This document shows, in pieces, positions 46,680-59,900 of a stretch of DNA of 64,000 bases (the first letter of the stretch is position 1; each line of letters begins with the position of its first letter). The stretch comes from Podarcis gaigeae (lineage: Eukaryota). Below the pieces are notes generated by a model, which was not told the origin of the DNA, searched no databases, and saw only the letters and a program-made list of their open reading frames with translations. The stretch lies in the NCBI GenBank assembly GCA_964106915.2, contig OZ066921.1; one strand, given 5' to 3'. Both the position numbers and the translations under genes were made by a program.

Positions 46680-47950
46680 TTGCAGCGATGGAGCCGGTCT
46701 CGCCCCCTGGCCGCCTTTGCAAGACCCGGGCGAGCGGGGAGGGGCCGGGGCGGTGGCAGCGGGAGCCCCGCCCGCGGAGCCTCACCTGGCGCGGCGGCTT
46801 TAAAGGCGCCGGGCAGGCCGGGCGGAGCCCCGCAGTGGTAATAGCAGGCGAAGCAGGCGGGCGACGCGAGGGGGCCTCCTTCAGCCCAGGCAGCTCCAGG
46901 CGACGCAACGCGGGACGCGCCCGGAGCTCCGACGAGGTTTCTCTTTGCCGACGGCGGCGCTTTCGCTTCTCGTCGCGGCGATGGGGCTCCCGCGGAGCTG
47001 CCTGCGGGCCCTCTTCTTTCTCCTCCTCGAGGTGAGTACCTAACTAAGCGGGTCCCCGAAGGACGGTGTCGGTAAACAGCAGATCCCGGGGAAGGAGAGC
47101 GGAGGGGCGCATCAGTGCCTCGGCGAGATGTTGTTCCTCGAGGGGAGGGGGGCACAGGGTCACGTTTCCCTTTCACGCTTCCCTGAGGCTTCAGGTGCCT
47201 GACTGTCCCTCCGTTTTCCCCTCTCAGGTGGGGACTCTGCTAGCGGACCCGGCGCAACTTTGCTCCGCTGGCTTCACCTCCAAAGTCTTCACCATTGAGG
47301 TGCCGGGTGGAGACCTGCCCCGGGGACACGTTTTGGGCCAAGGTGAGAAGGAGGCGGCGCGCGCGGGGAGAGGGGGATACCGTCTGATGACTTCTCCGGA
47401 CCTGGAAGAGGACTGGGGGCTTTGCGTGCTGGGCCGGGGGAGGGCGATTGCACGATTTCGAGTATTTGTCTGAAATGAGCCCCACTCAGTGGCGTCTGGG
47501 CGCGCTCGGGTCTTTTTTTGGCTGTCCCTTCTTCTGCTCTTCCTCGGGCTTTGTTGCCCCCCGAGGTCTCCTGGCTGATCCTTTCCCTGTGTTGGTGTTT
47601 ATTTCGATTTCCCGTAGTATAGTTTATGGGGTGGGGCGGGGGTGAGATTCATCTCGGCAGAGCGCCTCGAGGGCTCCGGTTTGAAGATTGCGACAGGGCA
47701 GGAGAGGCGCCTTCGACGGCTGCGACGGGCTCCTCCTGCAGCCCCGGGCGCCGCTTTTCTAATCCACGGGATTAGTCTTTTTTCCGACCCTTGCAAATTG
47801 GACTGCGGGCTGACCACTGCCTCTCCGACCCCGCCGTTTCTGAGAGCTACGAGTGGGGTTGGCAAGCGTCACTCGCCCGTGGCCTCTGGCCCTTGAGGTG
47901 GCCGCGCTCCGCCTGGCGCGGCGGTACTGTTGGAGGTGTCCTGGAATGGG
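46680..47950 (+). promoter_or_regulatory. CpG island and promoter of the CDH3-like gene
   Basis: CpG-rich, with GC boxes, an E-box CACCTG at 46783 and a TATA-like TTTAAA near 46799, about 180 nt upstream of the ATG at 46981. Confidence 0.75.
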
Positions 47951-50900
47951 GGGGGTCTGCTTCCTTCCTGCTTACTCCTGGTGAGATGCTTTGTCCCCAG
48001 CCATTCTGCATGATAATCCTGGGCTGATGGCCCTTGATGGGCACCTGGTTGAGCCTGGGGGGCGGGGTAGGTCTTATTCCTGCGCAGCCATGTGCTCTCC
48101 CCTCCCCCGCCAGGTGCTTGTGAAGCTGTGCTGTCGGAGGGGGTCGGTGATGAGTTGGTTTTCCATAAGGTGTGGCTTGGAAATGACCAACTCAATGGAA
48201 TGGAATTCCTGGCAAGGCAATAAAGGAACTTCAGTTGTTGTGGGTTGATTCCCATAACTCTTGAGACCCTCATTACCTAGCCCATCTTCTGATAACCCCC
48301 CCTCCCTTGTCTTGCCTTTTTGCAATTCAAATCCCAGCATAACCACAAATTGGTTGTTTTGGCATTAGCATATTCTCTTTCATTTGCCCAACTTTCTCTC
48401 TAATCTATATTTTTTCTTCCTTCTATGCTTAAGACCCCCAAAGGTTGCTCATGAAATTTGCCCCCCCCCTGCTGCCAGTTAACCTCAAAACAGTTGGAGG
48501 TGCTTTGGTGGAAGTTGGCAAAAGGGTTTGCATTCTGATATCTGGAGGAGAAATCCCCAATGTTGTTTGTACGCAGCAAAAACAATAATCACATTATTAT
48601 TTTTTTTAAATCAATTGTTTATTTTCCCAGGGATTCCCCTCCCCAATACATTATGAAAACTTGTATTCTCATACACCACAACTTGTACATCTATATAACA
48701 CATTATTACGTGATCCACAAATCGGTATAAATCTTTGGAACTGTTCTTTGGTTTTCTGAAGAATTTGTAAATGAAACGAAGCTCCACCATTCTAGTTAAA
48801 TTGTTTTACTGTTTCTATAGGGACACCAAATCCAGTGCCTGAAGAAGCTTGAGCCAAGTTTTGCCTCTTGGTATAAGCTTACAGTGGGACAAGGTGGATT
48901 TTGCATCTATGGGGGCTGAGGCTTATCATTACTCTTCATACTTATTGCTATCTTTAATAATAGTTACTGATATTGTAATTATCCTGTCTTCCTCCAAATA
49001 AGTTGTCCTGGCCACTTGCCCCCCATTTTATCCTCTCAACACCTCTGTGAGGTTGATTGGCTAGGTTGATTGAGAGAGTGAAAAGTCCAAGCTCACCTAA
49101 TGAGCTTTGCAGCTGAATGGGGATTTGAACCCAGGATTCCCCAGTCATCCCTGCACCACCCCTGCCTCTCTGGCAGCCCTCCCAGAGGAGGTTGTTGTGC
49201 CCTCAAGGCTAATCTCCCTGAGCCCCACTTGAATTCCTGTAACAAGGAGCAGATGGGCCTTTGGGCCAACAGAACTGGGCTTGGCTGATGTCCCACATTA
49301 CGTCTTCCTCTGTTCCACCCACTGATGGATGAGAATGTTGTTTTCTTTCCTGAAGGTGGCTGCTACCTAAATTTTGTGATAGACCCCCCCCCCCGGCACC
49401 TGCTGCATGATGCCATTGAAGTTCTCTCCATCCTCCTCCATCTTTCTTGAGGTCTGCTGCTCCAGATGATGTTGATAGGGGGGGGCGGGGGCATGCTGGC
49501 TGGCCTAGCTGTTCGGCATGGCATCCTAATTGCCAGCAAATGTGTGTCTAGTTGTTTTGTGAAACAGGGACATTGTGCATGGAACAGAGGCTGGTCTGTC
49601 TCCTTTTCTCGGTCACCCCTGCCAGGAGCAGGAATCCGTTTAACTCTCTCTGTGCCAGTGACTTAACTCTCCCAGAGACCGAAACTGCCCCTTCTGCTGC
49701 AAGCAACCAGCTCTCCCTGCCTCCGCCTCCCTAAACAGAATTCCTTCCACCTGCCTTGGGGTTGGGAATGAAAGGCAGTGGCATGAGCGGTGAAAGAGTA
49801 CTGGCGCACTGGCCGTCCTCGCTCAGCAAGACCTTCCAGTGTTCGAAAGTGACCTGTTCACCCAGCCGTGGCCTAATCCAACCTGCACACAGTTTGCTGG
49901 CTGGCACCCAAAGCCAATTAAAAGGCCTTGCAATACAAATATTTGTGTCCTTTAGGTCAGAACCTGGGCTCCCTGCATAGTTTGGTGGGAGGCTCTGTAG
50001 CCCCAGTTTCGAGTTCACAAAACTTTCATCTGATTTCCCCTCTGTATGGTGGGGAATTCTCGATTTGCCAGATTATGTGCCAGCTCAGTGCTAGGAGGAA
50101 ATCCTGGCTGACTTAATCTCTCTAGATTGGCCTCTGTTTCTCTGCTGCCCCAGGGAGACGGGTCCAAGTTGTATAGCATTATGATTTCATTGTTTGTTGC
50201 TCATGGTAGCCTCTGGAACTTGGAGGAGGAGGAAGTTTACAGCTCCTGAAGTTTACAGCGTCTGTTACTCTCCAGAGTGCAACTTCCAGTCATATAGGGC
50301 AGGAATACCTCCTTATCCATGCCCAAGGTGTAACTTAAAGCCAGGGCTTGGCTATGATGCATACAAAGTAATTAGAGCTTTTGTTCATGTGCAGAGTACA
50401 TTTTAATTTCAACTAAATAATTGCAGCATGTATATTTGAGACTCAGTAGCAAGACTTCCTGGCCAGTCAGTGTAGCTGCTGTGCAATCTATGTTTCTGCT
50501 ACAGATTCCTCTTTATGCTTTTGCACTCTAAAGTCTTCTTTTGTATACTGGTGATGGTGATATCTTACCTGCTCCTTCACCATAGGCTCCCAGGGTGGGT
50601 TACAGCAATTCAGTATTCAGTAAAGAGTTTTAAACAAACTACCAAGTTGGTCCTGGAATGTGTGTGTATGATGTCAAGGGCCAGGGTAAACTGATACCTG
50701 ACGGAAACTCATCAGAACACTTTGGCAGTTGCGAGTGGATTAGCTGAAATTACTGCAGCATCTCTCCGCCCCCCCCCCCCAGTTTTATCAAAGCTGTTAT
50801 GCCGATTTGCCTTCTGTTGCAAACCTTCCTTCGAAGGTGGCTCTGTTCAGCCTTGTCCTCCATAGGACAAGGAACCTTGGTGGGTTCCTGGCTGTATTCC

Positions 50901-53900
50901 CTGCCCCTTCCAGAATTTGCCTGGTGTTTACAGAGTTGCTGAAGGAGGGTTTAATCTGTTGTAGCTGCAGCTCTCCTCACCTCTTTGCACAGCTTGACCT
51001 CCATAATGGAGGGGCCTTGAGATAAGAGCGCAGAGGGAGAGAGGGGGGAGCGAATTCCATGCATGCTGGAGAAAGGGGGAGGTCATGGTGGGGGGCAGGG
51101 CTGCACTGTAAGCTTGTTCCCCTGTTACCTGTTGTGAAGTTGGCCGAAAACTGCTTGCCCATGTGGGCACAGGAGCCCCTGTGCCTTCTCTTCTTTCTCC
51201 CTCTGGGCTCAGCAGCAGCAGCACCAAGGGCTTCCTGTACCTCTGTCCCTCAGAGGCAGAACAAGCTTCTGCCCCTGTTGCCCACTCAATGGAGGGCTGG
51301 AGTTGGAGCCTCAGTCCAGAGCCGAGTGAAATATAAGAGGTTAATTGCTAACTCCTTCGTTCTTGTTGAGATGTGGCTGGCCGGGGATTAACTGCTCCAG
51401 TGACTGCACTGACTCAAAGGCTGAGTTACGGCTTGGGGGGCAGGTTGCAGGATGTGATGGGGCCCTGCCTGCCTCTTCAGCCCCTGCTGTGCGCTCTTAA
51501 GAGGCCCCAGCAGACCTTTTGGTTCCAGCCCTGCATGCGCGCGTGACCATTAGGAGCTGCCTTGCTTGTGGAAGGAGGCATGGCAACCCACTTGCTTTCC
51601 TCTGCTGCTGCCAAAGCCTCTTGGGGAAGGGAAGAAGGAAGCTATTTCCAGTAATGGCATACGGAGGGGTCTCTGCTAATGGCTTTGGGGCGCGTCAGAT
51701 TCCACTAAGTGATGAGAGCTCAGAGATGGACTGAGATGGCTTTGACCTCCAAACCTTTCCATGCCTGATGTGCACAGAGTCGGAAGAGTCTGTTCTTTCC
51801 CAGCATAAATGCCGGTGCTTGTTCCAGAGAGGTCGCGGCTAAGCAGACGCATCTCTGCAGCCACAAATCTCCGAGCTGGGAGGAGGAACCGCAGTGGGAA
51901 TTACCCACTGGTATTCCACACTAGTCCTACTCTGAGTGGACCCTTTGAAGTTAGTGGATGCAAGCAACATAGGCAGGCTCATTGATTTCAGTTGGTCTCC
52001 TCTGAGTAGGACTTAGTTGAATGCATCTCATAGTCCTGAATGTCACTGTTGGCAATGGGTCTTTGTTCTGCATTTTAGGACCAGTACAGGGTGATTTTGA
52101 TGCTTCTGAAACAGGAGTCTTGAGGTACTTTTAAAAGATAAGCAAATTTGTTATGGCGTACAGTTTTTTTGGTGTGTGCAAATTTATTAATGAAGACCCC
52201 AAAAAAGTGTAAGGGGGGTTAAGGGGGGGAACAACGGCAAACAAAAAAGGCAGCTTATGTTGACAATACAAGAACCATCATACATCCATCTATCTTTACA
52301 CATATAGCTCAGTACATATCATCCAAATGTCCAGTTTGCTGACTCAAGTTCAGTTGCTGTTTATAAAATGTGCAAGGGCCTGGAGGCCTTCAGACTGTTG
52401 AGTAATAGATGGTATTTGTGTTTCCAGGCTTGTTATGGCATAGGCTTGTATGGCGGAAAGTCTGCTTGACCAGATGCATGGATGTGCTGTCACGCACATT
52501 TTCATCTGATTTATTGAATTCTGATCCTCAAGCACTTCTTCCATAACTGACTAGGGTGCCACAACACTACTTGTTTTTGCTGCAGCAGGCTTGACACACA
52601 GCTGCTACTTTTCTGGAACTTGGTACTTCTGTTCATGGGTTTCACACACAGTTGCTGAAGGCATCATCGCACAGCTCTGTGGGTTCTCTGTGTTTTGTGC
52701 AGTGTTGCCTCCAGGGCTGGCCCCAAAACATTTTGCTGCCTGAGTCAAAGGACAAGATAGTGCCTCCTCTCATTCCAGGTGCCAGAAGCAACCAAATGGA
52801 CACTTGAATCTTACTTCAGCAAGAGCAATGGGGCCATGTTCTCTACTGAGCTACTCAGAGTGGCTGGGGCAACCATGTCAGATGGGTGGCATATAAATAA
52901 TAAATTATTATTATATTACTGCAGTTGAAGGCAGGAGGCAATGTAGTGCCACCCTCATAGAGCACACAGCTCTGCCTGCTCTGCACCCCTCAGCATTTAC
53001 CACCTGAGATGACTGTTTCCCTCTGCCTAACAGTAGGGCCAGTCCTGGCTGTTGCCATCAGTGGTTTGAAAGCTCTCTTGGAATATTAATGGATTTCTCT
53101 AGTTCAATAAAGAAAGGAATTGTTTCATTTAGGGTCTCATTTCAATTGTGGCTTTAGATACTCTCACTGATGGGGCATGACTCATGAGCCCTTCTGCTCT
53201 TCAGAGCCTCACAGTTGTTAAAGTGTCTGCTAATTACTGCAGGCTTTTCACTGTTTCCCAACAGGGCTTGTCAACAACAGTCAGATAAGCGTAGTTGCAA
53301 AAAGTCACTTGTATAATACTATCACTAATTGTCATCAGGGATTCTCTTGATCTCAGAGTCATTCTAGAATTGTCTAAGTCACGCTTGTACCCTCCAGATG
53401 TTTTGGGGGCTGCAGTTTCCCTCAGCCCCAGCCAACATGCCTGTGTCGTAGTTCTAAGGAGCTGGAAAGGACCAGGTTGGAGGAGGCTGTTGTAGTTTCT
53501 CTAGTAGTTTCCCTGCAGCACAACAGAGTGTGTGGCACCTTGAAGACTTAGCAGGCTTATTGTGGTGTCAGTTTCTATGGGTCAGGACCCACTTCTTTAG
53601 ATTGTCTCAGCCTTTATACAACCAGCCAATCACTGCATGCGGCAGATACCTTTTGCAGATACCACCATCTTGGGAAGTCCATTCCATAGAATTGGGCCTT
53701 TAGTGTTGTGGCACCTGCCCCCTGGAATCCTTTTCCCTTGAATAATATACTGGCAAAGTCCCTGTTGTCTCTTCTGCACCTACTGAAGATTTTCCTCTTC
53801 TGACAAGAACTGTAAGTTGAGATCTTTTCTGAGCACCTTTGGGAAGAAGCTTGAGATATAAATTTAATTAATAAAAGAAGAATAAATAAGGTCAAATCTG

Positions 53901-56900
53901 GTGCAGTTGGTGCTTTCTTTGTTGGCTCTGCCTGTATACAGAGGGTAAGAGGTTTGTAAGCTTCCACGGGCCAACTTCATCAGAAGTGTGAATCAAGTGG
54001 AGCTGACATTTCCTCCTTCAACTAGGCATTTTATCCTGTACATATGCAATCTGTGCTATTCCTTTCCTGGGGTGTGGTGAAGCATGGGCTGGGCACCCTA
54101 GCCTGTAGCCGTAAAGTCCCTTGGGACTCCTTTAAAGGAATCACTTTTGTTCCACAGCCCATCTCCTGCTTGGCATTTTGTTTTGCTTCCTTATACAGTC
54201 ATACCTTGGTTTTTGAACAGAATCCATTCTGGAAGTGCATTCGATTTTCAAAAAAGTTTGAAAACCAAGGTACGGCTTCCGATTGGCTGCAGGAGCTTCC
54301 TGCACTCAATTGGAAGCCGTGTCGGGTGTTCAGCTTCCAAAAAACGTTCACAAACCGGAACACTTACTTCTGGGTTTGCGGTGTTCAGTAGCCAAAATGT
54401 TTGAGTCACAAGGCATTTGAGAACCGAAGTATGACTGTGTTTATATCCTGCTTGCCTTTCCTTGTGAAACTAGAAGCTGTATCCACGGGCTTCCCATCCA
54501 GGCTCTGCTTAGCTTCAGCAAGGTGGTGGCCTCTGTGGTCAAGAACCTGCCTTGCATGCGGAAGGTCTCTGGCTAAACCCCCAGCAGCAACTCCAGGTAG
54601 AATTGTGATAAACTCCTGCCTGAAATGGTGAAGAGCTGCTGCCAGTTGGTGTAGACCAGGCATCCCCAACCTTTGGCCCTCCAGATGTTTTGGACTACAA
54701 TTCCCATCATCCCTGACCACTGGTCCTTTTAGCTAGGGATCATGGGAGTTGTAGGCCAAAACATCTGGAGGGCCACAGGTTGGGGATGCCTGGTGTAGAC
54801 AATCCTGAGCTAGATGGACTGTTGATTTGACATCGTGTAAGGCAGCTGCTACCTATCTTCCTCTGCAGCTTCAGCCCATACCCTGGGACAGCACGAGAGG
54901 GAAACTAGCCTGCCCATCTCCTTTGATAGTCTTCATCCTGGTTCCATAATACAGGAGTAGGCAGAAGCTGGATCTATTAGTAGATCTCTGGGGTCACTTG
55001 CCGTACATTGGCAAAGTGCTCTTGCTTCTTCCAAATGGTACAACAGCAGCAACTAAAAGCCTCTTTCTAAATTAGGCTATCTTGAGGGAGCGGGTGGAAA
55101 TGAGGAGGGAAGACAGGAGTTGGTTTTTGTGTGGAAAAAGCTTGAGACTCAGTTAAGGGACTGAAAACACATTCCTGGGCTGAGCATATGCACTCAGAAA
55201 AAGTGCCCTTTACACTTAAATCTGTTTGCCTACCCCACCTGCTGTGGTTCTGGAGATGTTGTTGAGCTTCTGTCAGCTCCAGCCAGCATGACCAACGGTC
55301 AGGGCTGATGAGAGATGGGGTCCAACAATATCTGGAGAAAGGGCACCATCTCCCCATCTCTGGACTATTTGACTTCAGTTGGTGGATCTTGGGTGTCTAG
55401 TTTAAACAATGAGAAAGGAACAAGGGAAGGGTCTAGTGTAGCCTTCGTCAACCTGGTGCCCTCCAGATGGTTTGGACTACAGCTCCCATCAGCCCCAACC
55501 AGCACTGATGGGAGTCATGGTCCACAGCATCTGGTTAGCACCAGGCTGCCAAAGGCTGGTCTAGAGTGGGCAGTGAAGCTCATCCTTGAAAGGGCATAGA
55601 GGAACTTCCCTGCAACAAGCTCAAATACTTATCCCTTCCTATGACTGACTCATAAGCCACATGATTGAAAGCAGGGGCTATAAAGAGGCAGTGAAACTAG
55701 TTTGGGCTTTTATGGAAAGTCTCAGGAAGTGCATCATGCATCTAATACTGCCACACAATTTCCTGGTGGGAAGGGCATATTTTCCCAGAATCCAGAGCCA
55801 AGGCCCTGGCCGCTGCTGCTGCTGCAGTCGATTTAGGGTGTGTTGCAGATGCCTGCACTGGTGACACCAGATTTAACGTGTTCGGAGGCTTTGCTAGTTG
55901 GCTGGAAACAAGAATATGGGGAGAGGCAGGCTAATGTTTGAGGTGTGTACACTGCCTCACCTTGTCCCCCTCAACATTTGAAGCAAAGTGGGAGACATAG
56001 TAGTGGCATCCTGGTGGGATGGGGATTTTGACTTGTTGTTTATGGGGTTCTACTATTTCCCAAAACCTATGTTGTGTGTGTTTGGATCTGACCTCCCCGG
56101 AATTCAAAATGCTTCCATATTCTTGTCTTAGGTAGAGGATGCAAAGCCCTTTTTAGCCAGGGAGCCAAATTCCCTTCTGGGCAACCTTCAGAGGGCCACA
56201 TACCAGAGGTGGGCAGGGCCAGTGGTAAATGCTGGCAGAGTAATTGATGAAAAATTCACAGTGGGCTGTTTTTTTGCACACACTCCTCTATCCTGTGTCC
56301 CATACCCAAGGCATTCACGGTCAGAGTTTTGCCAGCCAGGCAAAATTATTCAAGGAGGGTACAAAGCAGGGGCAGTGACCTGAGGACAGTTCTGAGGGCC
56401 AGACAGAGGCCTGGGGGCCACATTGGCCCTGGCCTGAGGTTCTTCACCCCTGCACCAAGACATTGGAATACTGTTTGGCCAGGCGTGTGCATGTACATGC
56501 GATTGTACACACTAGAGCCTCCCTAATAGCTATCCAATTTCTATTTCTTGGAACTAGTGTAAAGTATATTTTGTTCTCCTGTTGGCTGGACAATCAGGCT
56601 TCTCAACTTGTCTATATTGATGCAAATGCTGCTGCTATCACTCCCTGACCATTATTTTTTTGGTGGGGTCTCCATCTTATGAGCTGCGCTGCAGCTGAAA
56701 TATGAGGCCAGGACTGGGAGCAAAGTGGACGCTTTGTTGTTTGCATTGAGAAAATCCAGATAATTTGATGATGACAAGTGGCCCGCTTTGTGACTGGGCG
56801 TGGGTTCAGTCCTGAGCAAGAGGGGAGCCCCGGCATATTTTGTTTGAGCTGTGGTGGGCTTCTGCTTCCAAGGCCAGTCAGTGGGATCTGTTCTGGCACG

Positions 56901-59900
56901 CACAGAGGGCTTGGCTGCTTGCTACATCAGCAGAGCAGAGTGCTCTAATCAGTCTGGACTAAGCCTGGATTTCTCCTGCTGCTGCTGCTGCTGTTGCTCT
57001 GGCTGGTGCTGCTCAAACACCCCCTTGCTCTGCAGGGGCTGTGCAAGCAATTCAAGGTTCTCTGAGTGCCAATCCATTAAAGGGCAAACAAGACCCCTCC
57101 CATTCATTTGCAAGACGCTCTCTTGAATGCAGCTGAGATCTTTCAGTGCTTCCCTTCCTGGGCGATGGCTTATCTGCAGCACATTCCAGCTCTCCTCCTC
57201 CAAACTTTTGCCCCTTCAATTAGGAAACTTGTTTGTACATGTGCCGAGACAGGTCAAAGTTTGGCTGGCCCTGATAAGGGTTGCTGATGCTCAGGGGGGA
57301 TCTAAATAACTTGAACTGTGAGCTGCAGCTGGCCTGGAGGATCAGTCGGGGCCAAAATACCTCTCCTCTAGGGGTAAGATTTAATTCTTAATGTTATTGA
57401 GTGGAGCTTTTTCTTGCTAGGCTAGGATCCAGGCTGATGCAGCCTCTTTTCCTTCTCCCTCTCCCTCCCCAGTCCAGTTTGCAGACTGCCAGGGATGGAA
57501 GCTGGCCTCGTACACAACAGAGGATGCCAACTTCCGGGTGCTGCCCAATGGGACGGTCCTGGTGCAGCGCCAAACGCGGCTCCATGGGCAGGAGACGACC
57601 TTCGCTGTGCATGCCTGGGATTCCACGGGTACCAGATCCTCCTCTGCCTTGGTGACTGTGCTGGTGCGGAACAAAAGCCCTCCTTCTCCAAAGGTAGTGT
57701 GCAAAGCAGCTGGCAGGGGCCTCGGGGGAGTGCAGGTGGCAGGCACCATGGCAACCTTTGTCCTTTGAGAATGGCTGCTGTGGTGGAAACTATGCTAATA
57801 GGGCAAGGCTGTACCTCTGCAGGTGGAATGCACCTCTCTGAGGAGGGGCTCCGTTTGCCGCAAGGAGGGAAACTCTTCCTGCTACAGAAATAACTCTGGA
57901 TTTCCCCACAGCCTTCATTTGCTCTAGCTTCTAATTCTGTTGCTCTTGGGAGCTTCTTTTTTGGTGTTTTCAAAACTGGCTCCTTTTCTGGGTTTTTGCA
58001 GAGAATTTTGATGGGTACTTGCTCTCCAGAGGAGGCCATTTGGCTTTCCATGGAGGGTTAGAATTGTATATAGAATTCCCTATTCTAAAGCTGCCGGTAG
58101 GCTTAGCTGGGCCAGCTGCTACTGGTGGGAGCTGCTGTCAGCTGTTCTCAAAGCGATTGACAACGACCTCCCCACACTGCTGGCCTTGCAGCCTGCAGTG
58201 CTAACAGACCTGCCACCTGCCTTCTTTCCTTGTTGATAGTTGGATAGGATATGGGTGCAGTCAAGGCACCAGAAGAGCCCCTCTTACTCTCCTCTGTTGT
58301 TTTTGCTCAGCCTTCCCCAACCTGTGGGCTCCCAGCTGCTGGAGCCGATGGCAGTCCACCCATACCTGGAGAGCAGCACCTGGTTTGGGAAGGCAGCTGC
58401 TGTTGCAGAGGTCTCTAAAACTCTTGGTCCCTTCTTACAGGAGGAGTTTGAGCCTGCCAGCCAAGCAGAAGTGCTGTATTTCTCCCCGGCAAAGCCTGGC
58501 TTGAAGAGGCAGAAGAGGGACTGGGTTATCCCTCCCATATCCGTTCCTGAAAATGAAAGGGGCCCGTTCCCTAAGAACCTTGTTCAGGTATGGCAGATTC
58601 AGGGGGGGGGGTGTCTGTGGGCCTTGCCCCAGAGGTAACAAGGGCATGTGGATTCATTCCCAGGGTATCTGTGCTTAATGCCCTTTATAATATGTTGCTT
58701 GAGGCTGCAGGTGACTGAGCTTTTCGGATAGCGAAGGGTGCTCAGTCTTCCCGAACCAGCAGCCCTCTATGGAAAGTGAGCATCCAATGCTTTGTGCAGC
58801 ATCTCCTATCTTTCTCTCCCTGCCTCAGATCAAATCCAACCGGGACAAAGAAACCAAGATCTTCTACAGCATCACCGGTCAGGGTGCGGATAGTCCTCCT
58901 GAAGGAGTCTTCATCATTGAGAAAGAGACAGGCTGGATGAAAGTGACTCAGCCGCTGGACAGGGAGAAGATTGACAAGTACCATGTAAGGGAACTCTTTG
59001 AACTAGCACCCAGGAGACAAAGGTTCAAATCCCCATTCAGATTTGAAGCACACTGAGTGACCTCGGGGCAGGCACTGCCTCTCACCCTAACCTACCTCAC
59101 AGGGTTTTTGTGGGGTCTAAGTGAGATGGCAGGGGGCAGGGAGGGAAGACCCACATATGCCACCTTGAGCTCTTTGGAGGAAAAGATGGGATATAAATGT
59201 AATAAATAAATAAACCAGGCCCCCTGCTGGGTTTAAATCTGTCTGCAGGCATTTAGGCTGGAAGGATGTTCCTCCCATCTGATTAGAAGCAGAGGAAGGA
59301 AACTTCCAGGCCACAGAAGTGCTTTAAATGTAGCTCTCCGTCTCCCTGCAGCTTTTATCCCATGCTGTGTCTGAGAACGGCAAGCCTGTGGAAGAGCCCA
59401 TGGATATCGTCGTCAAAGTCACAGACCAAAATGACAACAGGCCTGAGTTTACCCAGGAGGTCTTCAGAGGGTCTGTTTTGGAAGGAGTGACACCTGGTAA
59501 GGAGGGGGAGGGGTTGGAAGAGGGAGCAAATGGCATCATGCGGGTGGGGGGGGAGAGGGGGCACCTCTGGGCTGGTTATGCACACTCTGTCTTCTCCTAT
59601 TTGCTATCTGGCTGCAGCAGTGGGTGGATTTCCCCATGCTTATAAAATTAAAAATAAATCAAAATCTGGCACCACCACACATATAAATGTCTCTTCTAAC
59701 TGGGAACTATAACAATGCTTATTTCAGTAAAGAAGAAAAAGTCCCCCTCTTGATAAATAAATCAAACATCCACTTTCCAAATTGACTAATTCTGTTGGCT
59801 TATTCATTTTGGCAGCAGATTATATTTCCAAAACTAAGCCTTGATTATACAGTGGACGGGTTTGACCATTTTCATTGGATGCTTATGGCTGAAGTGGAGA

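Noticed and set aside
46361-47176. 271-aa minus-strand ORF at the CDH3 promoter
   Set aside because: It runs through a microsatellite and a CpG island and contains no recognisable domain.
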